Of a stretch of DNA of 64,000 nucleotides, positions 55,461-64,000 are shown piece after piece; position 1 is the stretch's first letter, and every line of letters starts with the position of its first letter. The position numbers were made by a program, and so were the translations under genes. A model generated the notes under the pieces. It made no database searches, had not been told where the DNA came from, and saw only the letters and a list, made by a program, of their open reading frames with translations. This stretch comes from an uncultured bacterium (GTDB taxonomy: Bacteria > JAGOEH01), in the NCBI GenBank assembly GCA_964632485.1, contig CAZWDO010000014.1:1-64000 (forward strand), read 5' to 3'.

Positions 55461-57313
55461 TGAAATACTCATTTTTTTTCTATGGATTCTTTTTTAGCGT
55501 TTTTCTTTGCATTTTGGAAATCCAGGGTTCTATCACAATCGAGCCGGAATTTCCGCAGAGCGAGGAAACACTTCGTTTGATTGTGGAGGGCGAAGAGTGG
55601 GATTATCTTTTATATGCATGGGATTTGCCTTTTTCCATGACACCTGAACAATTCCCGGTTGAAAAATTTATACGGATTCCCTTACGAACAGTCATGGAAG
55701 TGCCCTTCCCTTCCAAAAACAGCCTGTTTTATTTTATTTTAGAGCGGAAAAATGGGAGCCGCTGGTTGGAAAATGGTGTCGGAACTTTTATTAGCCGTTA
55801 CGGGGAGGATGGTAAACCCGTTCGCAATGCCTGCTATTATCGGGCGATGATCATCAAACATTGGGCTCCGAATCATTATTCCATAAATGATTGGCTTGAA
55901 GCTGAATTAGATCAATATCCCGATAATTTCCCTGCATATTATATGTATTGGCGTCATAATGGCGGTTGGGAAGACGAAACTGTGCGGGAGAGCGCTGCCG
56001 CCACTTTGGGTGAACTCGAATTGGAACATGCCGGGGATCCCACGTTTTGGGAACTGGCCGCTCAAATCTATCTCGATTGGGGAGATTTTGAGCGGGCTGA
56101 TTTTGCGTTTACCATGCAATTAAATCATGTAGAAAATTTGGATTCATTGCTGCGAATTCAAGCAAAACGTCTAACCTATATCATGAAGCTGGACCCGTTC
56201 GTCCCGTTGCTGGATTCGCTTTGGGGGATGAAAACATATTCGGCGTTGACGTTTTTCCATCATTATGTCATCCGTGCCGAACAGCTTCGTTTTAGTAACC
56301 TTGATCAAACACTGCGCAACGGATTAAATGCCGCGCATCCTGGAATCCGCGAACTGGCTGCTTACTATCTGTTGCTCAACCAAATTTCCACTAATCCTTC
56401 CTATACAACAGAATGGAATGATTGGATCACTCTTGTCTTGAACTCTGAGTTGCTGACCTTCAGACAACTTAACCGATTATTAGGAGTGATGGCATTTTAT
56501 CCTGATTTGAATCGGGTTTTTCTTGAATTGGCGGAACGCTGCCTGCAAAAATGGAATCTGATGAAAAGAAATCTGAAAACAACTGACTTGAATTCTCCGA
56601 CAAATGAAAAAGAATATTTTGAAATCGTTTTCAAGGAATATCTCGCGTGGGCTTACTATCTGTCAGGCAATTCGAATCGAGCTCTGGCCCTGCTCGAGGA
56701 TATTTTTTCAGGGCCATGGATTCCCGATGATCTGCTTTTTTTCAGAGCCGGTTGTATCTATCAGGCCAATAATCAGTTACAATCCGCTTTGGAATATTTT
56801 ACAAAAGCCTGGCTATTGAATTATCAAGGGGAAATTCAGAATACTATCCTCGAAGTTTACCGGGAGCAATATGGATCGGAATCGGGTCTGAGTGATTATA
56901 TCGAGAGCATGAAAAGCGATACCTATCAACCGGTTGACTGGTGGAATCAGCTCGCTGACTGCCCCTCACTGAATCCTTCCTGGCCAACGGCTGTATTGGT
57001 TATTGAGCCCGGTATTTGGATTAATCTGGATGATTGGTATTTATGGGGACAATTAGTCCAAAGCCGATCTCCGGTAAATTTTTTAGTCGTGTATCCGAAT
57101 GATATGGAGTTGACCGACGATATTCGGGAAAATTTAGAGTTTTATCAAATCTCACATTGCGCGTTGGAACGACCACTAATCCAAATGCTTAGTGGCCGGC
57201 AACAGCTTCCCCTTATTCTACTTTTCAACCGGCAACATTATTTTATCAATCGTTTATCTATCCAGCGTCCGGATTGGCAATCCATTGTCCACCAGTTTAT
57301 TAAAAGCCAATAG
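55460..57313 (+). CDS. Exported TPR-like protein with possible degenerate thioredoxin-like C-terminus
   Basis: Signal peptide; YLAWAYYLSGNSNRALALLE and RAGCIYQANNQLQSALEYFTKAW TPR-like helices; start overlaps the previous stop (TGATG). Confidence 0.65.
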   Translation: MKYSFFFYGFFFSVFLCILEIQGSITIEPEFPQSEETLRLIVEGEEWDYLLYAWDLPFSMTPEQFPVEKFIRIPLRTVMEVPFPSKNSLFYFILERKNGSRWLENGVGTFISRYGEDGKPVRNACYYRAMIIKHWAPNHYSINDWLEAELDQYPDNFPAYYMYWRHNGGWEDETVRESAAATLGELELEHAGDPTFWELAAQIYLDWGDFERADFAFTMQLNHVENLDSLLRIQAKRLTYIMKLDPFVPLLDSLWGMKTYSALTFFHHYVIRAEQLRFSNLDQTLRNGLNAAHPGIRELAAYYLLLNQISTNPSYTTEWNDWITLVLNSELLTFRQLNRLLGVMAFYPDLNRVFLELAERCLQKWNLMKRNLKTTDLNSPTNEKEYFEIVFKEYLAWAYYLSGNSNRALALLEDIFSGPWIPDDLLFFRAGCIYQANNQLQSALEYFTKAWLLNYQGEIQNTILEVYREQYGSESGLSDYIESMKSDTYQPVDWWNQLADCPSLNPSWPTAVLVIEPGIWINLDDWYLWGQLVQSRSPVNFLVVYPNDMELTDDIRENLEFYQISHCALERPLIQMLSGRQQLPLILLFNRQHYFINRLSIQRPDWQSIVHQFIKSQ

Positions 57314-57328
57314 GGGAAAGGAGATTGC

Positions 57329-58375
57329 ATGCCGTTTTTTGAGATTGAACCGGAAGTGAAACAAAAACTTTATGAAGCGGAGATCATCGCTTTTCTCAAC
57401 CAACACCCTGATTTTTTAATTGAACATGCCGCTCGAATACATTTATTTAATGATTTTAAATATAATATTTTTCAATTAGCGCGAAAATACCGGGAAGAAA
57501 ACATTTATTATGAAAAAATGTTGGAAAATTTGATGTTAGTCGCCCAGGAAAATTTTGAAATTCTGAATCAGTTACATGCCATTCATAACCGGATTGTCCA
57601 GGCTCCCAATTTGAAACAAGCATTGTCGGAATTGCTAAACGAGTTTATCAAGCGTTTTTCACTGGCGGCGGTCAGCATGATTTGGCGGAGCGAGGTTATG
57701 CCTGATTCGCAACGTAACTCGTTTAATCGTACCCTCTCATTGCCGGAAAATACGCTATTCCGTTTTATGCCTGAACAGGAATTAAGGAAAAGCGTCAAGA
57801 CAAAACGAATCCCTTTGGTAAAAAAACGAAAATGCCGGCTGTTAAAAGATTTTTTCCCGGGGGCTAATCTTGATCACGTACAAGCCGGGGTCATTATTCC
57901 CCTTTTTTTTGAACAACAACTCCAGGGAGCGATTGCGCTCGGGGACCAAACCAATCACCGCTTCCATGCGGATATGAGCTATGATTTCATCATGGAAACC
58001 GCCGATCAAATCGCTAAAACCTTTTATGCGCTTTTTATCTGGGAACTGTTATATTACAATCCCTCCTGGCTGACGCCAACTCATTTCTTTGACTACTATC
58101 GTGTATCCCTTGAAAATTATCACCAGTATCATTCCTGCTGCCTGATTGAGATTATTTTTGCTCAAGATTCGAAAAAACCGCAATATTCCGACATTAAACC
58201 CCACTTCCATCACCAGGATATTTTTTTTTATTATACTCCGGAAAAATTAATTTTTTTAAGCGATTATGGTGGTGAAAATTGTTGCGCTCTGATTGAAAAG
58301 ATTAATCGGGTATTATCGGCATATCAACCTCAGTGCCAGAGAATTGAAAGGCTTAACCAGCCCACGAATTTGTAA
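57329..58375 (+). CDS. DUF484 (YigA-like, GAF-fold) protein with C-terminal extension
   Basis: IIAFLNQHPDFL, AQENFEILNQLH, GAIALGDQTNHRFHADMSYDFI; AAGGAG RBS. Confidence 0.7.
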   Translation: MPFFEIEPEVKQKLYEAEIIAFLNQHPDFLIEHAARIHLFNDFKYNIFQLARKYREENIYYEKMLENLMLVAQENFEILNQLHAIHNRIVQAPNLKQALSELLNEFIKRFSLAAVSMIWRSEVMPDSQRNSFNRTLSLPENTLFRFMPEQELRKSVKTKRIPLVKKRKCRLLKDFFPGANLDHVQAGVIIPLFFEQQLQGAIALGDQTNHRFHADMSYDFIMETADQIAKTFYALFIWELLYYNPSWLTPTHFFDYYRVSLENYHQYHSCCLIEIIFAQDSKKPQYSDIKPHFHHQDIFFYYTPEKLIFLSDYGGENCCALIEKINRVLSAYQPQCQRIERLNQPTNL

Positions 58376-59156
58376 ATACGCTATTTCCCATGGTCTGCAT
58401 GGCGATATAAGCGTTTTGCATCCTGACCGATTGCTTTGTGTAATGAGCATTATATTTTGGTGTGGCAGATGTTTTTGCCTTGCTATTTTCACTCTTCTCC
58501 GAGGTCATGATGGTTTCTGCCTGGTTTTGGTTTTGGTTTTGAGTTTGGGACTGGTTTTGAGTTTGAGTTTGGGACTGGTTTTGAGTTTGAGTTTGGGACT
58601 GGGTTTGGGTTTGAGTCTGGGATTGAGTTTGAGTTTGGGATTGGGTCTGAGTTTGGGTTTGAGTTTGGGTTTGAGCCTGGGTCTGGGTTTCTGTCTTCGA
58701 TTCGGTTGCGCTATTGGTAGTTTTAGTCGAACTGTTTGTTTTGGCGGTTTCTTGTTGGTTTTCAGCAGCAATTCGTTCCGATTTGATCTGCTCCAGCAAT
58801 TTTCTTGAATATTCGATACTTTCCTTGACCGTCATATTTTCCGGGTATTGCGCTTTCGCTTCTAATAAAGCCGCGCTGTTTTTTTCTTTATTAGCATTGA
58901 TTTGCTGGACAATTTCCTGTTGCCGCTGCTCTTTATATAGGTTCGTATAATAGCGAACGGTATTGTGGGAAATGGAACTCAGCCGCACTAAATCTAAAAT
59001 CTGAACCTGCATCGTTTCGTTGACGATTTGCTGACGCATTTGATTTCCATTATAAGAAAAATTACTTTGCAATTGGGCGGAAGCCCAAATCTGACTTACA
59101 TCGATCACACTCAATTGGATGCTCCTTGGCTTATTATAAGAATCGGCGCGATTCAC
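58353..59156 (-). CDS. Hypothetical protein with Thr-Gln/Asn-Gln dipeptide repeat tract
   Basis: 267-aa ORF; ~55-aa (T/S/N/A)Q tract flanked by helical segments; start codon uncertain. Confidence 0.7.
   Translation of the reverse strand: MNRADSYNKPRSIQLSVIDVSQIWASAQLQSNFSYNGNQMRQQIVNETMQVQILDLVRLSSISHNTVRYYTNLYKEQRQQEIVQQINANKEKNSAALLEAKAQYPENMTVKESIEYSRKLLEQIKSERIAAENQQETAKTNSSTKTTNSATESKTETQTQAQTQTQTQTQTQSQTQTQSQTQTQTQSQTQTQNQSQTQTQNQSQTQNQNQNQAETIMTSEKSENSKAKTSATPKYNAHYTKQSVRMQNAYIAMQTMGNSVFTNSWAG
58521..58690. repeat. Imperfect 6-bp tandem repeat (TTGAGT/TTGGGT/CTGGTT variants)
   Basis: Directly visible; variation falls mostly at synonymous positions of the minus-strand xQ reading. Confidence 0.92.
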
Positions 59157-59269
59157 TCATTTCTTTAATTTTATTTTTACATCCTCACTATTCTGACAAA
59201 ATCATTTGAAATCGGAGGGTTCAATTTTTAAAAGCGTTTATTTCAACCAACCAGAGGTATCTGAATTAT

Positions 59270-59396
59270 AGTGATACCTGCGGGAGTAATCCATCGCGCT
59301 GTTTGCTTGAACCGCAACCGTCAAATTCGTGTTTTATCCAAGTGGGCATGAGGTCGGTTTGATACGATGAAGCGTATCTGTCTTCCGGGTGTCATT
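59270..59396 (+). ncRNA. Candidate rod-shaped non-coding RNA (6S-like or unknown)
   Basis: End-to-end complementarity with many G-U pairs on the plus strand only; see findings. Confidence 0.35.
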
Positions 59397-59461
59397 TGTC
59401 TTGCTGACCTTGATTTTAATTTTTCAGATATTTTAATTTGTACGGACAACAGCTAATTGTA

Positions 59462-61684
59462 TCAGCCTGTAATTAGAACGACCAGGGAGCGAGCGGCGAC
59501 TCTGATGTGGGGTTGGGTCCAGAGTTCGCCTTCTTGCTTAAAATCATGAGGAAATAGTTCGGCGGTATTTATCTTTAGATACCATTTTTTTGTCAATACC
59601 GGAGTTGGGATTTCAAAAGTCAATGCCTCATGGAATGCGTTGACAATGATAAACATGGATTCATCGGCTTCATTCAATCCGCTGATGTTAGAATCGCCAT
59701 TAATGAGAAACGCTATGGAATGACTGTAATCGGCGAGATCGGGATTATTGAGAACGGTTCCATGGTAGGATATATCGATACTCCAGGCTTCTTCCACGCT
59801 ACTGAGGTAGTATAGATTGTTTTTGAAAAATGTGGGTCGGCGAAGTATCGGGTGTTTTTTTCGGAATTCTATCATTTGGCAGGTAAAATTAAAAATTTCC
59901 GGATGCGTTTCTTTGTTGCTCCAGTTAATCCAGTTCCAGGGAACGTCCTGACAATAAGCATTGTTATTTCCTTTTTGGGTTCGGTACATTTCATCCCCGG
60001 CATAGAGCATGGGCACTCCCTGGGATAGCATCAGCATGGCGATAAAGTTTTTCACACTTTGTTTTCGTTGACGGTTGATGCAACTATCCGGGGTTTCACC
60101 TTCCCAGCCCCAGTTATAGCTATGGTTATCGTTCATTCCGTCCTGGTTGTTTTCCCCGTTTTCAAAGTTGTGTTTGCTGTTGTAAGAGACTAAATCGCGT
60201 AAGGTGAACCCATCGTGAGATGTGATGTAATTAATGCTGTGGTCGGGGGTTTTAAAACGGCTATAAAGGTCCGGACTGCCGATAAATGCCTGAATAAAGT
60301 CCTGGATTGAATGATCGTCGCCTTNNNNNNNNNNGGAGGCGGAGCCCTCCCCCGTCGCGGCCGACGCCGAGCGCAAGCGATCGGTGAAGAACCAGATCCA
60401 CCGGGAACTCGTCGAGCGGCTCGACATCAAGCGTCTGACCGCATCGCGGTACTTTCCGTTCCATTCCGCCCACCCCACCGGGAAATCCCCCAGTTTGTAA
60501 AGTCCGCCGGCATCCCAGCCTTCTGCGATCAGCTTGCAGTTAGACAGCAGCGGATCGTTGATGATGTCGTTGAGAATGCTATTTTCCCCGATCCATTCGC
60601 CTTTGGGATTCCGACCGAGAATCGCTGCCAGATCAAAACGGAATCCATCGATACCCATGTGGCAATGCCAGAAACGGAGACTATCCAAAATCAATTGTTT
60701 GACGATTGGCATATTACAATTAAAAGTATTGCCGCAGCCGGAATAGTTTTTATAATAGCGCTTGTTTTCAGCCAGCATATAATAAACTGAATTATCGATA
60801 CCGCGGTATGAGAGAGTGGGACCTAATTCATTGCCTTCGCCGGTATGATTGTAAACGACATCCAAAAAGACGTTGATCCCTTCCTGGTGGCACGCCTGGA
60901 TCATGGACCTGCATTCTTCAATCTGTTTCCCGCTGACCGTGGCATAATGCTGCGCCGGAGCGAAAAAATTGAGGGTGCTGTATCCCCAATACTGTTTAAG
61001 CCGTTCATGACTGGTCGGATTGTAACGGATAATCTCCCAGGGGTTGAATTCCTGGATGGGCATCAATTCAATCGCGGTTACGCCCAATTCCCGTAAATGA
61101 GGAAGTTTTTCAATCAGCCCCAAATAAGTGCCGGGATGATCGATCTGGCTGCTCTCATGCGCCGTAAATCCTTTCAAATGGACTTCATAGATGATTTGAT
61201 CCGATAAGGATTGGCGTTGATGTTTACGTTTTCCTCCCAAAAAGAGCGGGGGGTCGGCGGCAACGCTCTTCGGCGCCATTAAGCAATTCGCCCGGGTGTT
61301 CATCACTAGATCACCCCGTTGCGCATATTTCTCATAACTGTACATCTCCGCTTTTTCAAAATGGTAATCGCCAACGACTGACGGCGCATACGGATCAAGT
61401 AGAAGCTTATGCGGGTTGTAGCGTTGCCCTTCTTCCGGAACAAATGGCCCGTCGATTAAATAGCCATAGAGTTGCCCCGAACGCAAATTTTTAATAAATA
61501 TATGCCAAATATCGCCGCTCCGGTGCTTTTCCGGGTCCAATTCAATTTTTTCCAGTACTTCATGCAATTGAGTAAATAGTATCAGAGCGACTGCCGTTGC
61601 ATGGCGCGCTACGAGGGAAAAATTGATACCTTCGGGGAATATCTTAATACCAATGGGTAATGGATTGCCACTTGATATTTCCAT
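59462..61684 (-). CDS. glgX: Glycogen debranching enzyme/isoamylase (contains a gap and a mis-joined fragment)
   Basis: KLLLDPYA, IYEVHLKGFT, YWGYST, DVVYNHTGEG, DGFRFDLA, IAEGWD, TSHDGFTLRDLVSYN, GNNNAYCQD; ATG 61684 overlaps the upstream stop (TAATG). Confidence 0.96.
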   Translation of the reverse strand: MEISSGNPLPIGIKIFPEGINFSLVARHATAVALILFTQLHEVLEKIELDPEKHRSGDIWHIFIKNLRSGQLYGYLIDGPFVPEEGQRYNPHKLLLDPYAPSVVGDYHFEKAEMYSYEKYAQRGDLVMNTRANCLMAPKSVAADPPLFLGGKRKHQRQSLSDQIIYEVHLKGFTAHESSQIDHPGTYLGLIEKLPHLRELGVTAIELMPIQEFNPWEIIRYNPTSHERLKQYWGYSTLNFFAPAQHYATVSGKQIEECRSMIQACHQEGINVFLDVVYNHTGEGNELGPTLSYRGIDNSVYYMLAENKRYYKNYSGCGNTFNCNMPIVKQLILDSLRFWHCHMGIDGFRFDLAAILGRNPKGEWIGENSILNDIINDPLLSNCKLIAEGWDAGGLYKLGDFPVGWAEWNGKYRDAVRRLMSSRSTSSRWIWFFTDRLRSASAATGEGSASXXXXGDDHSIQDFIQAFIGSPDLYSRFKTPDHSINYITSHDGFTLRDLVSYNSKHNFENGENNQDGMNDNHSYNWGWEGETPDSCINRQRKQSVKNFIAMLMLSQGVPMLYAGDEMYRTQKGNNNAYCQDVPWNWINWSNKETHPEIFNFTCQMIEFRKKHPILRRPTFFKNNLYYLSSVEEAWSIDISYHGTVLNNPDLADYSHSIAFLINGDSNISGLNEADESMFIIVNAFHEALTFEIPTPVLTKKWYLKINTAELFPHDFKQEGELWTQPHIRVAARSLVVLITG
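60325..60334. other. Scaffold gap (10 N)
   Basis: Run of n in the sequence. Confidence 1.
60335..60425 (+). other. Foreign GC-rich fragment resembling the N-terminus of a CpaF/TadA ATPase (probable misassembly)
   Basis: Plus strand reads EAEPSPVAADAERKRSVKNQIHRELVERLDIKRLTASR; it does not fit GlgX on the minus strand. Confidence 0.65.
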
Positions 61685-64000
61685 TATGGGCTTCCTTTTT
61701 TGTTTAAAAGCTTCTGACACTCTTCAAGAATCGTTTGCTCGGAATTTAATAGATTTATAGGCGTTATCACTAATCCTGTTGTCTGCCGTGTTTGAATTTG
61801 AAGCTGGTACTCAATTCTGGCATTTATATACTCAGATTGGCAATCAACGATTTGAAAAGCCAGCGGCTCTCCCGCCAATTCCCCTCCCGCAAGTTGCCAA
61901 TTCGCTAAAAATGTATAAATTCTTGCGCTTGATTGATCAATGAGAATCAGAGACGTATTCGTGATTTCCTTCAAATGGGGGTATAAAAATTCAACGTCTT
62001 CTTCATTAATCAATGGATTAAGATGGCGAAAATCCAGAATCAATGGTTTTTTTTGGGGGTTACGCAGATACTCTTCCATTCTTGCAGCTATCGATTCTTC
62101 GGCAATGAACCCGATATAGTAGCACTCAAGTTGCCGGGTTGCATATTCCCGGTTACGGTTGCTCCATTCAGATTGCAAAATACCTTGGCGTTCGCGTTCC
62201 GATAAAGGTTCGACACTAATTCGTCGACTTCCTTTCCCCTCGCGGTTGGCGCATAGAGTGATTTCAACTGGAAACGGTGTAGCAAACACAGCGTTCGGAA
62301 TCGGGGACCGGTTATAGACTCCCTGGTGACTTTCCATCAGCCAGTTAACCGATTTAAATCCACTGCTATCCTGGAAGTAATGAACACCGGAGATCGGATC
62401 GATCGGTAAGGCCGGGGTAGTATGGACTCCTACGGATTGAACCAGGCCCAGGCTATATAATTCACGGTGCCGTGGCCAGGCTTCCACTTGTATAGAACTG
62501 TCCAGCAGGCTTGAAAGTTTCAGTCGCGGAAGCAGTTGAGTTGATAAAACGCCATGAACGGCGCTGATCCAGCCAGAAAAAGTGGCTGTTGGGTTTAAAT
62601 ATCTATAAAACTTCAACCATAAATCCATTATAAGTTTTAATGGTTGCGTATGAGGCGCGGCAACTAAAGGCCGCCAATTTTCGGCCTCCAACAGGGTCCG
62701 TCGATTGGCGCGATTGGTCCGATGCCAGGTTCCGTCTGCTATTGCGGTCAATATCATATCCTCGTTGATGACGACCGGTTCATGTGTATCACGAAAAACG
62801 TCCCGGTTGATACCTCCATCCATATCCAGGCTGATGATCTGGTATTCGCCATTGCGGTAAATGGTGGCATAGAGTTCGTCATTGTTGATAACCCGCACGT
62901 TTCCGGGATCCGCAATGGGTATTAAATGTGGTGGAATGTCGAAAACGCGTTGGGTCGTTTCTCCCGCGGATTCCGCTTTTTTCCGTTTTGCTCGAGTCTC
63001 GATTTTCCAGGATGGATGATGGGGGGGCAATAACACTTTCCGCCAAAGCTCTCTTGCGCCGTGATTGCGGACGATATATAGAATTGAATGCCCGTTCGGC
63101 GTCCATTGAGGCTCAATGATTTCAGCCATAGCTGGAGTAACTGGTATCCAGATTTTTTGGATTAGATCATAGATATATAATATTTGCTGGTAGGCCGTAT
63201 CCCCGATGACACAAGCCAGATAGCGGCTGTCAGGGGACCATGCTGCGGCAAGCGTCTTGCCCGGAGCGCTGAGCTCGTTAGCGACATTCGTTTTCAGGTG
63301 GGTTAATATTGGAGTGAATCCATTGCGGTAAAAGAGCCAAAGTCCGTTTGGAGAGGGCGTAGGAAGGGTAATCAGTTCGGAGCTTACAACCAAAGTGTTT
63401 TCCTGATATTCCGTTAAAATATCAGTGGTTGTCGGCCGGGGAATATAGAGTGTCAGTCGGGATTTGCCCCCCAGATAACGGGCGATGAAGAGGCCGTTTT
63501 CCAGGGGGGAGAATGCCGCCCCGCTGATGAGAGTCCCTTGTGGTTGATACAGCGCTTGCCAAGTGTTGTTAAAGTAGAGCAAAAGATTCCGCCGGTCAAG
63601 GATCGCGCCAATCGGTTGATCGGTTGTTGCAGATATCCACTCGAAAACCGATGGCGCATCACCGGCGTAGGTATCCGCAAGCGGGGTCAGATCGGAAAAT
63701 GGAACCGTTAGGGGAGGAGTTGGAGCGCTGTTTTGAAAATGAATGCGGTAGATCGTGTCATTTTCGAGCGCCAATAAAATTTCGTTCCCTTTAACCAGCT
63801 CAAGGGCGCCGAGTGGAATTGCTACATCTATCGGCGTAAGGGCGCGGGATTGTAAATCATAAATTTTAAATTGATCATTATTTTTTAGTAAAATCTGGGC
63901 ATTATTAAGCCAGATGGGGGGTAGGTCGGAATTGGTTCCAGGGGGAGCGAACTGCAACTCACCTTGAAATTGTCCGGGGTTGTAAAATGCCAGTTGCCGG
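61684..64000 (-). CDS. Partial TolB/tricorn-like beta-propeller protein with degenerate S41 peptidase-like C-terminus (5' end outside the window)
   Basis: Frame open to the window edge; AAFSPL, PSPNGLWLFY, AWSPDSRYLA, PQWTPNGHSILY propeller motifs; tail KPLILDFRH..LILIDQSS..LAGEP. Confidence 0.7.
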   Translation of the reverse strand, partial: RQLAFYNPGQFQGELQFAPPGTNSDLPPIWLNNAQILLKNNDQFKIYDLQSRALTPIDVAIPLGALELVKGNEILLALENDTIYRIHFQNSAPTPPLTVPFSDLTPLADTYAGDAPSVFEWISATTDQPIGAILDRRNLLLYFNNTWQALYQPQGTLISGAAFSPLENGLFIARYLGGKSRLTLYIPRPTTTDILTEYQENTLVVSSELITLPTPSPNGLWLFYRNGFTPILTHLKTNVANELSAPGKTLAAAWSPDSRYLACVIGDTAYQQILYIYDLIQKIWIPVTPAMAEIIEPQWTPNGHSILYIVRNHGARELWRKVLLPPHHPSWKIETRAKRKKAESAGETTQRVFDIPPHLIPIADPGNVRVINNDELYATIYRNGEYQIISLDMDGGINRDVFRDTHEPVVINEDMILTAIADGTWHRTNRANRRTLLEAENWRPLVAAPHTQPLKLIMDLWLKFYRYLNPTATFSGWISAVHGVLSTQLLPRLKLSSLLDSSIQVEAWPRHRELYSLGLVQSVGVHTTPALPIDPISGVHYFQDSSGFKSVNWLMESHQGVYNRSPIPNAVFATPFPVEITLCANREGKGSRRISVEPLSERERQGILQSEWSNRNREYATRQLECYYIGFIAEESIAARMEEYLRNPQKKPLILDFRHLNPLINEEDVEFLYPHLKEITNTSLILIDQSSARIYTFLANWQLAGGELAGEPLAFQIVDCQSEYINARIEYQLQIQTRQTTGLVITPINLLNSEQTILEECQKLLNKKGSP

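Noticed and set aside
58293..58808. 171-aa Leu-Ser/Leu-Gly repeat ORF on plus and 88-aa Lys-Pro/Lys-Leu ORF on minus
   Set aside because: Alternative readings of the 6-bp repeat; the variation is most consistent with the TQ frame.
59300..59335. CTTGAACCGCAACC as the reverse complement of a tRNA T-arm
   Set aside because: No 5-bp T-stem, acceptor stem or anticodon arm can be formed.
60335..60425. In-frame insertion in glgX as an intein, intron or mobile element
   Set aside because: Too short, lacks splicing or terminal-repeat motifs, abuts an N gap and codes for an unrelated protein on the other strand.
1..64000. CRISPR-Cas, retron/DGR, prophage, IS elements, toxin-antitoxin or other defence systems
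   Set aside because: No cas, reverse transcriptase, integrase, transposase or phage motifs in the ORF track and no spacer-repeat array seen by eye; the PLD, MBL-fold and metallophosphoesterase genes are scattered among housekeeping genes.

Overview
Gene-dense bacterial (diderm) scaffold segment, apparently from a metagenome assembly (two 10-N gaps, at 11964-11973 and 60325-60334). Most of it is moderately AT-rich, with near-consensus sigma70 promoters and a mix of housekeeping genes (typA, clpP, glgB, glgX, paaK, pbpC, alsD, a nucleotide-sugar dehydrogenase), envelope proteins (two TonB-dependent receptors, S8 protease and LRR protein with secretion-type C-terminal domains, NlpC/P60) and many signalling proteins (two paralogous beta-propeller/Y_Y_Y sensors, PAS-HisKA_2 kinase, GAF-HD-GYP, degenerate PilZ protein, ROK regulator). 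Bases 1-~2600 are far more GC-rich and look foreign or chimeric, and a CpaF-like fragment is mis-joined into glgX next to the second gap. I found no CRISPR array, rRNA, tRNA, transposase or phage gene, and I cannot support a complete new multi-gene system. The best leads are non-coding or non-canonical: a multi-hairpin ~230-nt clpP leader with alternative pairings and tandem micro-ORFs, a ~125-nt rod-like candidate RNA at 59270-59396, two genes that appear to need ATT/CTG starts, two apparently leaderless genes, a TQ-repeat protein and several catalytically degenerate domains. All calls are from reading motifs by eye; no database searches or folding programs were run.
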